A DNA stretch of 64,000 nucleotides from an uncultured Planctomycetaceae bacterium (GTDB lineage Bacteria; Planctomycetota; Planctomycetia; Planctomycetales; Planctomycetaceae), in NCBI GenBank assembly GCA_963815195.1, contig CAWFGE010000023.1, positions 613,908 through 677,907 of the forward strand, read 5' to 3'. The notes under the pieces were generated by a model. The model did not search any database, had not been told where the DNA came from, and saw nothing but the letters and a program-made list of their open reading frames with translations. Below, piece after piece: positions 10,778-20,598 of the stretch. Positions within the stretch are counted from its first letter, which is position 1, and every line of letters begins with the position of its first letter. The position numbers were made by a program, and so were the translations under genes.

Positions 10778-13389
10778 TTAAGCAGGTGTTCGGACGCTAT
10801 GCAAGCTGCATTCCTTGGAGCGAACGAACTGGTCGACGGCCTCTGTGAGCTTATTCAGATCGATGGGCTTGCTGAGATAGTGGTCCATTCCGGCTGCCAG
10901 GCATTTCTCCCGGTCCGCTTCCATGGCGTGGGCCGTAAGCGCGCAGACCGGTATTCGGGCGCCGCCGGATTCGCGCTCGCGGATCCATGCGGTCGCCTCG
11001 AAGCCGTCCATCTCCGGCATTTGGCAATCCATGAGAATCAGATCGTACAGGCCGCTTGCCCCAGGCCTCGACCGCCTCCAGGCCGTTTCCCGCCACATCG
11101 ACCTCCAATCCCAACTTTTGGAGAAGCCGGGCGGCGATCTTCTGGTTGACGGCGTTGTCTTCCGCCACCAGTACTCTGGGGCGGTTCTCATCCGCGTGCC
11201 CAGCTCCGGGCGCCGAAGGCGGCTCCCATGCCGGTTCGTGGTTCGAGGCGGCGGCGGTTTCCTTCTCGCGCTGGCGATATTGCCGTTCGTTGATCGTATG
11301 GCGGGTAATGAGCGGCGCGCCTCCATTCCGCTCCGGCTCGCAGGACCTCTTCAATCACGCCCCGCAACTCCTCCGGCTGGACCGGCTTCAGCAGATATCC
11401 GGAGTATCCCGCGCGGTGAACCCGTATGCCATCCCCGCGCATCGGAGACGAGGTCATTGAGATCAGGAGGACCCCCGCGATCGCCGGATCCTCCCGGATC
11501 TCCTGCTCCACCCGTCTTCGCTCCAACTGGGCCAGTTCAAGATCGATCAGTGCCACCCGAAATGGATCGCTCCCGGCTACCGCCGCTTTGAGCCTCGGCA
11601 CGATCTCCTCGCCCCGGCTGACCGCGGTTCCAACACAGCCCCAAGACGGAAGATACCTACTCACGATTGCCCGGGCACTGTTGCTGCTGTCCGCTACCAG
11701 GACCCGCAATCCCTCGAGTTCGACCTTCGAGCCGGCATTTCCAGACGCCAGCAGCGGTTGTTTGCCAAATGGAGCCGTGAACCAGAATGTGCTGCCAACG
11801 CCAACTTCGCTCTCAACTCCGATCTGTCCTCTCATCAGCTCGACGATCTGCTTCGAGATCGCGAGGCCCAAGCCCGTGCCACCATATTTCCGATTCATGG
11901 AATCGTCGCCCTGCATGAAAGTCTGGAACAGATTCTGCCGCTGCGCTAACGAGATCCCGATGCCCGTGTCTTTCACGGCGAACCGGAGGGTGACCTTCTC
12001 ACCGCTGTCCCGGATCAGTTCGATTCGCAGAGCGATCTTCCCTTCATGGGTGAACTTGAGGGCGTTGCCGAGCAGGTTGTTCAGAATCTGCTTCAGCCGC
12101 CCTGGATCTCCGGCCAACTGACACTCTAACTTCGGTGGGGCCTCGCATGTGAAGTCGAGATTTTTTCCTCTGGCCCGCAGCTCAAAGACCGTGGCCACCT
12201 CCCGGACGGTTCCGCCCAGGTCGAAAGGAATGGTCTCTATTTGCAGCTTGCCCGCTTCGATCTTGGAGATATCCAGAATATCGTTCAGAATGGTCAGCAG
12301 CGAGTTCGCCGAGCTTTTGACCGAGCCGGCGTATTCCCTCTGCTCGCTGTTGAGCGGCGTGGACAGCAGAAATTCGGTCATGCCGATGACCCCATTCATT
12401 GGCGTCCGGATCTCGTGGCTCATATTCGCCAGGAACCGGCTCTTCAGTTTTGTCGCTTCCTGGGCTTTCAGTAGCGCGATTTCGAGCTCGCGGTTCTTCT
12501 GAGCCACCTCGCCGGCGTTCTGGGAGACGCGAATCTCGTTCAGCTTGCTGGCCGTAATATCCCTCAGAATCACCAGGGCGTCATTCCACTCCAGCGGCAG
12601 CACGCGCGCTTCATAGAACTGGCTTTCGCCGTGGCCGCCGGCCTCGTACTCGACCACAACGGCTGAACGCGACTCGCGGACCCGTTTCATGGCCTCCGCT
12701 ATTCCGCGGGCCGCGTCCGGCGGGATCGCGTCGCTCAGGCGCTGGCCGGCCGCCAGCAGGGAAGGCCACCTGGCGCCGGCCGATTTTCCGGCTTTCGAAT
12801 CCCGAATGACTCCTCCCTCGCCGACTCGAAGAAACAGGTCGGGCAGAGCCTCGAATAGCGCGCTCAGTTCCGACGTCGTCTGGTAGATGGCCTCTTCGCT
12901 GCGCTGGCGGTCCGTGATGTCCAGCGACTTGAATGCCATTCCGACAACCCGGCCGCCCTCGTCCCGCAGCAGGTTCTCGTGCACTTCCAGCAGCAGAGTC
13001 TCGCCATTCGGATGCCGGTACTTCTTCCGTGCAACAGGCTGCGGCGTCTCGCTTTCTATTCGCCGGAAGAAAGCCTGCCGCTCCTGATCCTGTTCCTCCG
13101 CCGGAACCAACTCCCAGCAAGTCATCCCGGCCAGCCGGGTAGGCTCCAGCCCACGCAAATCGCATTCCCGGTCATTCACGCTACGGATGATCCCATCGAG
13201 GTCCACCTCCTGGTAGCCTACAGGGGTCGATTGCAGCAGGCCGCGCAGCCGCTGTCGTGGGGAAAGCGCATCCCAAAGCTCGTCGCTATCTTTCGTCCGG
13301 CCGCGGCGAATCTTTCGGATTACCTGGACAAGCACTACCGCCAGGCACAAGAGTAGCCCTAGCGTCAGCCGGTCGAACTCGCCAAACAC
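10778..13389 (-). CDS. Hybrid PAS sensor histidine kinase with two receiver domains (frameshifts near 11330 and 11060)
   Basis: One N-terminal TM, two [55 protein letters not shown]; receiver [11 protein letters not shown]…[11 protein letters not shown]…KP in other frames. Start approximate. Confidence 0.88.
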
Positions 13390-13503
13390 TGCCGTCTTAT
13401 TGTGTCCTTTCAGTCCGATTGCACATCGGCGCGCACCGGGCGAGCCGGGGGCGCACATTCGTATTTATCGGTCGAATGTCCTGAAGGGTTTAGGGGCGAA
13501 GCC

Positions 13504-13935
13504 CTAGAGGAACTGCAGCAGCCGGTCGCGCACGGCCAGGGCGGTCTGGTTGTCCGGTGCGATGATCAGCATTGTGTCGTCACCGGCGATTGTCCCGACG
13601 ATCTCGGGCCAACCAGCGTTATCGAGAGCCACCGCCAACGAATTCGCGTTGCCAGGAGAGGTCTTCAGGACGACCTGGTTCTGCGCGACGCGTATATCCC
13701 GCAGGAATTCCCCGGCGATGATGCCAAGATCCGGCCCGGTCGAGGCCGAAGGCTCCACCTGCTGGTAGCCGGTGGCGGTTTTCACCAGGCCCAACTCCCG
13801 CAAATCGCGCGACAGAGTGACCTGCGTAGTCCGAATGCCAATCCGGGCCAGTTCCCGGGCCAGTTGCTCCTGGGTGGTGATGTGCTTCTCCTCGATGAGG
13901 TTCAGAATTTGGCCTTGCCGATAGCTCTTGTTCAT
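13504..13935 (-). CDS. argR: Arginine repressor
   Basis: MNKSYRQGQI…TQEQL…TQVTLSRDLRELG…KTSPGNA…GTIAGDDT. Confidence 0.96.
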   Translation of the reverse strand: MNKSYRQGQILNLIEEKHITTQEQLARELARIGIRTTQVTLSRDLRELGLVKTATGYQQVEPSASTGPDLGIIAGEFLRDIRVAQNQVVLKTSPGNANSLAVALDNAGWPEIVGTIAGDDTMLIIAPDNQTALAVRDRLLQFL

Positions 13936-15317
13936 CTTGATCTCATTTCGCCGAGCCGCTCTCCGGCCCGTTTGAGAGCGGCGGCCACGGCCTCGGGCCC
14001 CGTTCCGCCCGGGATCTCTCTGGTCTTCATGCCTTCGCCCGGCCGCAACAGCCGCGCCATCTCCGGCGTGATCTCGGGCGCGAATCCAGCGAGTTCTTCC
14101 GGAGACCAGTCTGCCGGTTTCCTGTTTTGCCGTAGGCTCTCCAGCACGAGGCGGCCGACAATCTGATGTGCCTGATGAAACGGCGTGCCAGCCCTGGCGA
14201 GCGCCTCGGCCAGATCCGTGGCGATCACCCAACTCTCCTCGGCCGCCGCCGCCGGCTTCTCGGGCCGCAACTCGACCGTATCCACCACCACCCTCATCAT
14301 CTCCAGGCTCCCGTTCACTTGATCGGCGGCCTCGAACAGCGGCGGCTTGTCCTCCTGCAGGTCCCGATTATAGGTCATCGGGAGGCCTTTCAAAGTCACA
14401 TAGAGTGAATTGAGGCTCCCCCACACCCGGCCCGTTTTGCCGCGGATCAGTTCGAGCGAATCCGGATTCTTCTTCTGGGGCATCAGGCTCGATCCGCTCG
14501 TGACGCCGTCGCCCAACTCCAGCCAGCCGAACTCTTCGCTCGAGTACAGAATCCAGTCCTCGCAAAGGCGGCTCAGGTGAAGCATGATCATCGAGGAGCC
14601 ATAAAGGTAATCGAGAACGAAATCGCGATCGCCGGAGACGTCCAGGCTGTTCGCCGTGATCCCGTCGAACTCCAGTTCCCGCGCCATCTCCTCCCGGTCG
14701 AATGAAAACGCGCTGCCGGCCAACGCCCCGGAGCCGAGCGGCAACAGATTCACTCTCCGGCGCGCTTGCTCCAGGCGCTCATGGTCCCTGGAGAACATCT
14801 CGAAATAGGCGAGCAGATAGTGCGGCCAAAGAACTGCCTGTGCCCGCCGCAAGTGCGTGTAGCCGGGCACCACCGCATCCGGGTAACGCTCCGCGCACTC
14901 GACCAGCGACTGCATCAGGCTGGCCAGCAGTTCCAAACCCCGGTCGATCTCCCCGCGAAGCCAGAGCCGCACGTCCACCGAGACCTGCTCATTGCGGCTC
15001 CGCCCGGTGTGGATCTTATCGGCCGGCCCGCCCACCTTTTCCTTCAGCTTCCGGATGACAAAGGTATGCACGTCCTCGTCCCCGGCGCCATCGAAGAAAC
15101 CGGCCGTTTGGGACTCCCGCAGGATCTCGTCAAACCCCGTCAGGATCCGGTCGCGCTCGCCCTCATCCAGGATGCCCGCCCGATGCAGAGCCCGCGCGAA
15201 TGTCTGTGAGCCCCTGATGTCGGCCTCCAGCATCCTTCGGTCAAAGGATAGCGACTCAGAGAAGCGCTCGAACACCTCCGACGGCCCCGCCGCGAACCGG
15301 CCACCCCAAAGCTTCAT
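13932..15317 (-). CDS. argH: Argininosuccinate lyase
   Basis: MKLWGGRF, HTGRSRNEQ, PGYTHL, GSSLMPQKKNPD, YNRDLQEDK. Confidence 0.98.
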   Translation of the reverse strand: MKLWGGRFAAGPSEVFERFSESLSFDRRMLEADIRGSQTFARALHRAGILDEGERDRILTGFDEILRESQTAGFFDGAGDEDVHTFVIRKLKEKVGGPADKIHTGRSRNEQVSVDVRLWLRGEIDRGLELLASLMQSLVECAERYPDAVVPGYTHLRRAQAVLWPHYLLAYFEMFSRDHERLEQARRRVNLLPLGSGALAGSAFSFDREEMARELEFDGITANSLDVSGDRDFVLDYLYGSSMIMLHLSRLCEDWILYSSEEFGWLELGDGVTSGSSLMPQKKNPDSLELIRGKTGRVWGSLNSLYVTLKGLPMTYNRDLQEDKPPLFEAADQVNGSLEMMRVVVDTVELRPEKPAAAAEESWVIATDLAEALARAGTPFHQAHQIVGRLVLESLRQNRKPADWSPEELAGFAPEITPEMARLLRPGEGMKTREIPGGTGPEAVAAALKRAGERLGEMRSR

Positions 15318-15326
15318 GTAATCTCG

Positions 15327-16536
15327 CTATCCCTTCTTCTTCAGGCTTGCCTGGATCTTGACCGGCAGGCCAATCAAATTGATGAACCCGAGGGCGTCCT
15401 TCTGGTCGTAGTCGGCGCCCATGGTGAAGCTCGCCACCGATAGCGAATAGAGCGAATGGGGCGACTTCCGCGACACTGGCGTCGACGTTGCCCTTGTACA
15501 ACCTGAGAACCACTTCGCCGGTCGTGTTGGCGTTGATCGTATTGAAGAAGGCGTCGAGAGCCTCCCGCATCGGGGTGAACCAGAAGCCGTTGTAGACCAG
15601 TTCCGCATAGTCGAGCGCCAGCTTCTGTTTGAAGTGGAGCGTGTTGCGGTCGAGCACCAGCGACTCCAACTCCTGGTGAGCCTTCACAATCAGCTCTCCG
15701 CCTGGCGTCTCGTAGCAGCCGCGGCTCTTCATTCCAACGAACCGGTTTTCCACTAGATCGGTCCGGCCAACACCGTGCTCTCCGCCGATGGCGTTCAGCG
15801 TCTCGATCAGCTTGACACCGGACATCGCCTCGCCATTAACCGAAATCGGCACGCCTTTCTCGAAGCCGATCGTCACGTCGCCCGGCGTATCGGGCGCCTC
15901 GGCCGGGCTCCTGGTCAGCATCCAGATTTCGTCCGGCGCCGCGTTCGCCGGATCTTCCAGCGCGCCGCCCTCATGAGAGAGGTGCCACATATTGCGGTCC
16001 CGGCTGTAGATCTTCTTCGCCGTCTGCGCGATCGGCACGTTGTGTTTCGCGGCGTATTCGATCGCATCCTCGCGCGAGACAATGTCCCATTCCCGCCAGG
16101 GAGCGATCACCGGCAGGTGCGGCGCCAGCGCCTTGTAGGTCAGCTCGAAGCGTACCTGGTCGTTGCCCTTGCCGGTGGCCCCGTGCGAGAGCCCGTCACA
16201 GCCCGTCTTGAGCGCCACCTCGACCTGCTTCTTTGCCAACAGCGGCCGGGCGATCGACGTCCCGAGCAGATACTTGTGCTCGTAAACCGCCCCCGATTTC
16301 ACCATCGGCCACAAATATTCCTGCGCGAACTCCTCCCGCATATCGGCGATGTGGACTTCGGATGCTCCTGTCTTGAGGGCCTTCTCTTCCAGCCCTTCGA
16401 GTTCATCGCCTCCCTGGCCGATGTCGCCGCAGACCGCGACCACTTCGCAGCCGTAATTCTCCTTCAACCAGGGAATGATCACCGATGTATCCAGCCCGCC
16501 CGAGTACGCCAGCGCGACCTTCTTAGGATTGCTCAT
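15327..16536 (-). CDS. argG: Argininosuccinate synthase (frameshift near 15480)
   Basis: LAYSGGLDTS, LGTSIARP, HGATGKGNDQVRFE, ENRFVGMKSRGCYETPG; true C-terminus RKSPHSLYS…YDQKDALGFINL is in ORF 15327-15608. Confidence 0.97.
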
Positions 16537-16555
16537 AATATTTCCGTTTCCTTAC

Positions 16556-17491
16556 TCAACTCATCAGCATCAGCAAAACCGCTTTTTGCGTGTGCAGCCG
16601 GTTCTCGGCTTGCTCGAACACCACGGACCGCGGACCCTCGATCACCTCATCGACAACCTCTTCATCGCGATGCGCCGGCAGGCAATGCATGAACACCGCC
16701 TCGGAGTCCGCCTTCGCCATCATCTCGGGATTCACCTGGTAGGGCTGAAAGTTCACCCGCCGCTCGGCTGTTTCATCTTCAAACCCCATGCTCGTCCATA
16801 CGTCCGTGTAGATCGCGTCCGCGCCTTTCACCGCTTTGTCCGGATCGTTCGTCACCTGGACCGAAGCGCCGCTGCGGGCGGCCAGGCGCTTGGCCTCGGC
16901 CACGATATCGGCGAACGGCTGATAGCCCGGCGGCGTCGCAATCGCGAAGCGCATTCCCAACCGGGCGGCGTCGAGCATCAGAGAGTGCGCCACGTTGTTG
17001 CCGTCGCCCACGAACGCCAGCTTGCGCCCCTTGAGATCGCCAAACCGCTCCTGCAACGTCAGCATATCGGCGAGCGCCTGGCAGGGATGGTAGAGATCGC
17101 TCAAAGCGTTCACCACCGGCGTCGACGCCCATTCTGCCAGACTCTCGATCGTGTCCTGCCGGAAGGTGCGGGCCACAATGCACTGGGTCCATCGTTCCAG
17201 GTTCCGGGCCACGTCCTTCAGCGGTTCCCGGCCCCCGATCGGACCCGTGCTCGAAACGCAATCTCCGCCCAACTGCTTAATGGCCAACTCAAACGTCAAC
17301 CGCGTGCGCAGCGATGGCTTCTCGAACATGATGCTCACGTACCGGCCCGCGAGCGCCTCTCGGAACTTTCCCGGCGCCTGCTTCATGACCGCACTTAGAA
17401 CCAGCGCCTCCTTCAGTTCCTCAGTCGAAAGATCCAAATCGTGACGCAAATGGCCAGCGGTGACCCTCGGAGCTAATGTATCTTTATTCAC
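16556..17491 (-). CDS. argF: Ornithine carbamoyltransferase
   Basis: FEKPSLRTR, NALSDLYHPCQALAD, YTDVWTSMG, FMHCLPA, QAENRLH. Confidence 0.96.
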   Translation of the reverse strand: MNKDTLAPRVTAGHLRHDLDLSTEELKEALVLSAVMKQAPGKFREALAGRYVSIMFEKPSLRTRLTFELAIKQLGGDCVSSTGPIGGREPLKDVARNLERWTQCIVARTFRQDTIESLAEWASTPVVNALSDLYHPCQALADMLTLQERFGDLKGRKLAFVGDGNNVAHSLMLDAARLGMRFAIATPPGYQPFADIVAEAKRLAARSGASVQVTNDPDKAVKGADAIYTDVWTSMGFEDETAERRVNFQPYQVNPEMMAKADSEAVFMHCLPAHRDEEVVDEVIEGPRSVVFEQAENRLHTQKAVLLMLMS

Positions 17492-17530
17492 CCATTTGAA
17501 TATTTACACATTCAAAGCCTCGGACGTCAA
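17477..17530 (-). promoter_or_regulatory. argF promoter with two tandem ARG boxes
   Basis: TGTATCTTTATTCA (17477-17490) and TGAATATTTACACA (17497-17510) match TGNAT-W4-ATNCA at a 20-bp period; minus-strand TTGACG (17530-17525) followed by a GTAAAT/TAAATA -10-like element 17-18 nt downstream. Confidence 0.8.
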
Positions 17531-17699
17531 CTTCGGCGCAGACCGGGTCATAGGGCTGCGCCGCCTATACGGGTGCCATTTCCGGGTCAGACGGCTTCTT
17601 GACTCCGCGACTTCCAACTCGCGCCCAGACGGCAGTCGAAAACCACTCTTAAGAGAAGCTATATGTCGGAAACAATCGTTCAGTCAACGTGGTTTTAGT

Positions 17700-18524
17700 T
17701 CACTCCGCCAGCGCCGGGCCCACTTCGCGCAGTGGCACGCGGTGGTGGCCATTGAAGACTTCGGTAAACAACTCCGCCGTTTCGTCATGGATGGCGCCGT
17801 TGGTGGCCAACAGGGTCGGCTTTCCCAGCCGGTTCGGTTTACCGCGCATATCGGTCACCCGCCCACCAGCTTCGTTGACGAGCAGGATGCCGGCGGCGAC
17901 GTCCCAGGGATTCAAGCCGAATTCCCAGAAGCCGTCCAGGCGGCCGCAGGCGGTGTAAGCGAGATCGATGGCGGCGGAGCCGGTGCGGCGGACGCCGTGG
18001 GCGATCATGGCCACCTGATGAAAGAAATGGACATTCACGTCCTCATGGCGCAGCCAGTTCGGAAACCCGGTCGCCAGCAGTCCCTCTTCCAGCTTCCGAG
18101 CCTTCGATACGCCGATCCGGTGGTTGTTGAGGTACGCGCCGCCGCCCTTTTCCGCAGCGAACATCTCCTGCGTGTTCGGGTCGAAGATCACGCCGGCAAT
18201 CAGTTCGCCGGCCCGCTCGAGGCCCAGCGTCACGTTGAACATCGGGAAGCCGTGCGCGAAGTTCGTCGTCCCGTCCAGGGGATCCACATACCAGCAATAT
18301 TCCGAGGAACCCTCGTGGCTCCCGCTTTCTTCGCCAACGATCGAGTGGCTGGGGAAATGGGAACGTAGGCGTTCAATCACCAGCGCTTCGGAGGCCCGAT
18401 CGGCGGCCGTAATCAGGTCATGCGCGCCCTTGTATTCGAAACCAATGTTGCGCTCGAAGTAGTGGGATAGAATCGCGCCCGCCTCGCGCGCGATTTCCAT
18501 GGAAGTTTCCAGGTAAGAGGCCAT
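17700..18524 (-). CDS. suhB: Inositol monophosphatase family protein
   Basis: GEE, WYVDPLDGTTNFAHG, RRTGSAAIDL, WDVAAG. Confidence 0.93.
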   Translation of the reverse strand: MASYLETSMEIAREAGAILSHYFERNIGFEYKGAHDLITAADRASEALVIERLRSHFPSHSIVGEESGSHEGSSEYCWYVDPLDGTTNFAHGFPMFNVTLGLERAGELIAGVIFDPNTQEMFAAEKGGGAYLNNHRIGVSKARKLEEGLLATGFPNWLRHEDVNVHFFHQVAMIAHGVRRTGSAAIDLAYTACGRLDGFWEFGLNPWDVAAGILLVNEAGGRVTDMRGKPNRLGKPTLLATNGAIHDETAELFTEVFNGHHRVPLREVGPALAE

Positions 18525-18543
18525 TCGTATCGCCGGATTCCGG

Positions 18544-18822
18544 TTATTCGAGGATTTCGTAGAGGTACTTGATGTCGTGCTTGAAGATGAATAGGTTCGG
18601 CCCGTCGGTCCGGGTCACGCGGATGAAGGAGGCGTCGTAGTACTCGATTGTGCCCTCAATCTCTTCGTTGCTCGTCATGCGGACACGGATCGGAATCTCA
18701 TCATCTATCAAGCGCTTCAGATAGCGGACCTCTTCGAAAGTCTGCTCGGGAGCGCGCTCCTTGGGGGCCGGTTTTCGCTTAACAACGGGACTTTTTTTCT
18801 GATCCACAACGGTTTTCGCCAC
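18544..18822 (-). CDS. Hfq/Sm-like RNA-binding protein (92 aa, GTG start)
   Basis: AGGAG SD before GTG; Sm1-like IRVRMTSNEEIEGTIEYYD and Hfq-like Sm2 LFIFKHDI; basic N-terminal tail. Confidence 0.75.
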   Translation of the reverse strand: MAKTVVDQKKSPVVKRKPAPKERAPEQTFEEVRYLKRLIDDEIPIRVRMTSNEEIEGTIEYYDASFIRVTRTDGPNLFIFKHDIKYLYEILE

Positions 18823-18824
18823 AC

Positions 18825-19793
18825 TTACTCCTGGTGCCGGGGCCTGTGCGCAGGGCCGCTCAGGTTCGGCGGCTGAGGCGGGGGGTCCCTGTCCTCTACA
18901 TAATAGCCAGAGCGCGTGATCACCCGCAAATCCGGACGGTTCACGTGAAGCTCCACGCGCCGGAAGCGTTCGGTCGAATACGGTAGATTCTTCGGATAAT
19001 AGCCGATCAAATATTGCGTCCTCAGGTCGCGCAATATATCGTCGAACGCCGAATCGAGCATCTCGCCGAGCGAGGCCGCGAACACGCGTCCGCCCGTTCC
19101 CGCGGCCAGCGCGATCAGGGCGTTTTCGCCCGCTATGTGCCGGCCCGGATCGTTGGCGACGGGGATGAGCATGATGCCGTACATCACGGCGTCGGCTTGA
19201 TGCACGGATTCCAAAGCGTCCTGGAAGTTCTTCGCGCTGGTGGTGTCGGCGCCGTCGGTGACCGCCACGATCACTCGGCGGCCCTCGCGCCGGCCCACGG
19301 CGTGGGAGGAGAAGAAGACCGCGTCGTAGAACGATGTGCCAGCCTGGGGTTTCAATGTTTTCAGCTCCTGCTCGATCCGCCCGACCCGGCGCGTGAAGCT
19401 GCATTCCAACGTCACATCGTCATTGAAGCTGTAAAGGGTGACAGCGTCCTCCGGTTTGCCATCCCGCAACAGCGCTTCAAGGAAGCGCAAGACCGAGCGA
19501 TTCGCTTCGTCGAGCTTGATGGCGGCGGAAGAACTCGTATCGACCAGAAGCGCTACCGAGATCGGGTGCGTGGTCGATCTCTGGAAAACAGCGATCTCCT
19601 GCTTCACGCCGCTGTCGGTCAGATCAAAGTCCTCTTTGGAGAGGTTACCGATGAGTTCGCCAGTGTTCGATTTTACGGTGGCGATCAATCGCACCAGCTT
19701 GACGTCGACGCGAAAAAGCGCGTCCTGGCCGGCGATCCAGGCCGCCGGCAGGAGGAGAAACGACACGAACAAAATGCCACGACGGAGGCTCAT
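18825..19793 (-). CDS. Secreted VWA-domain protein (acidobacterial VWFA-related type)
   Basis: Signal peptide, FRVDVKLV, MIDAS LLVDTSSS, GTSFYDA, VTDGAD, TGG, LRTQYLIGY. Confidence 0.9.
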   Translation of the reverse strand: MSLRRGILFVSFLLLPAAWIAGQDALFRVDVKLVRLIATVKSNTGELIGNLSKEDFDLTDSGVKQEIAVFQRSTTHPISVALLVDTSSSAAIKLDEANRSVLRFLEALLRDGKPEDAVTLYSFNDDVTLECSFTRRVGRIEQELKTLKPQAGTSFYDAVFFSSHAVGRREGRRVIVAVTDGADTTSAKNFQDALESVHQADAVMYGIMLIPVANDPGRHIAGENALIALAAGTGGRVFAASLGEMLDSAFDDILRDLRTQYLIGYYPKNLPYSTERFRRVELHVNRPDLRVITRSGYYVEDRDPPPQPPNLSGPAHRPRHQE

Positions 19794-20515
19794 GGCGCCA
19801 GGACGCTATCGTCCCACTCTCCCTCCACCCAAACCTCGCCATCGACAAAATACTCCTTCTTCCATATGGGAACAAGTCTCTTAAGCCGGTTAATTCCTTC
19901 GAGCGCCGCCTCGAAGGCGGGTTTGCGGTGAGGCGCCGTCACCAGAATCAAGACGCTCGTCTCGCCAACCGTCATGATGCCGAGCCGGTGAATCATGGCG
20001 ATCCGGCTGATCTCGTGCTCCGCCGCAATCTCGCACCCGATGCTCGCCATCGTTTTCACAGCCATCTTTTCGTAGCACTCGTACTCGAGGCGCTGGGTAG
20101 GACGCCCCTTCGTGTTGTCGCGCACCATGCCTTCGAAGAGGCTTAGAGCGCCGTCGCTGCCCTGCAGAAGCTCCTGTTTCAAATGGCTTACGTCGATCGC
20201 CTCCCGCGTGAGAGCGAAGAAGTGGCCCGCGTCGTCCGCAATCTGGTGGATATAGCCGGACCCGCCGCTCACCGGAGGCATGAAGGCTATCTCGTCGCCG
20301 GACGCGATCCTCTCGGCGCGTGCCGAGAACTCCTGGTTGCGGGCCAGCACGATGCTGCCGGAGTACTCCCGGAGGCGCGGAAAATCACTGGCGTAGCGGT
20401 CGAAGACGCCCCCGAGCGTGGCCCCTTCCGGCAGCTCCAGCTCATCGCTTGAGCAGCCGACGACATCCCGCAACATCCCGAAAAACAGTACTTTAACGCG
20501 CACGGCAATAGCCAT
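19790..20515 (-). CDS. Molybdopterin synthase MoaD-MoaE fusion
   Basis: MoaD (VKVLFFG…DEIAFMPPVSGG) in frame with MoaE (FEGMVRD, LEYECY, HRLG, APHR, PIWKKE). Start is ATG 20515 or GTG 20503. Confidence 0.93.
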   Translation of the reverse strand: MAIAVRVKVLFFGMLRDVVGCSSDELELPEGATLGGVFDRYASDFPRLREYSGSIVLARNQEFSARAERIASGDEIAFMPPVSGGSGYIHQIADDAGHFFALTREAIDVSHLKQELLQGSDGALSLFEGMVRDNTKGRPTQRLEYECYEKMAVKTMASIGCEIAAEHEISRIAMIHRLGIMTVGETSVLILVTAPHRKPAFEAALEGINRLKRLVPIWKKEYFVDGEVWVEGEWDDSVLAP

Positions 20516-20598
20516 GTTACCAGACGCGTGGGAAGCCCCCTCACGTTTCATCGAACCGCCAAAACAGAGCCGCGCCCGGAGGAAGCGGTCGCCCCTGG

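Noticed and set aside
13491..13507. TAGGGGCGAAGCCCTAG palindrome as an operator or terminator
   Set aside because: It is short, overlaps the argR stop codon, has no U-tract and has different spacing from the other palindromes.
15440..15500. Programmed frameshifting or pseudogenisation of argG and other split genes
   Set aside because: No slippery heptamer or stimulatory structure is evident, and indels are scattered across unrelated genes, which fits sequencing error.
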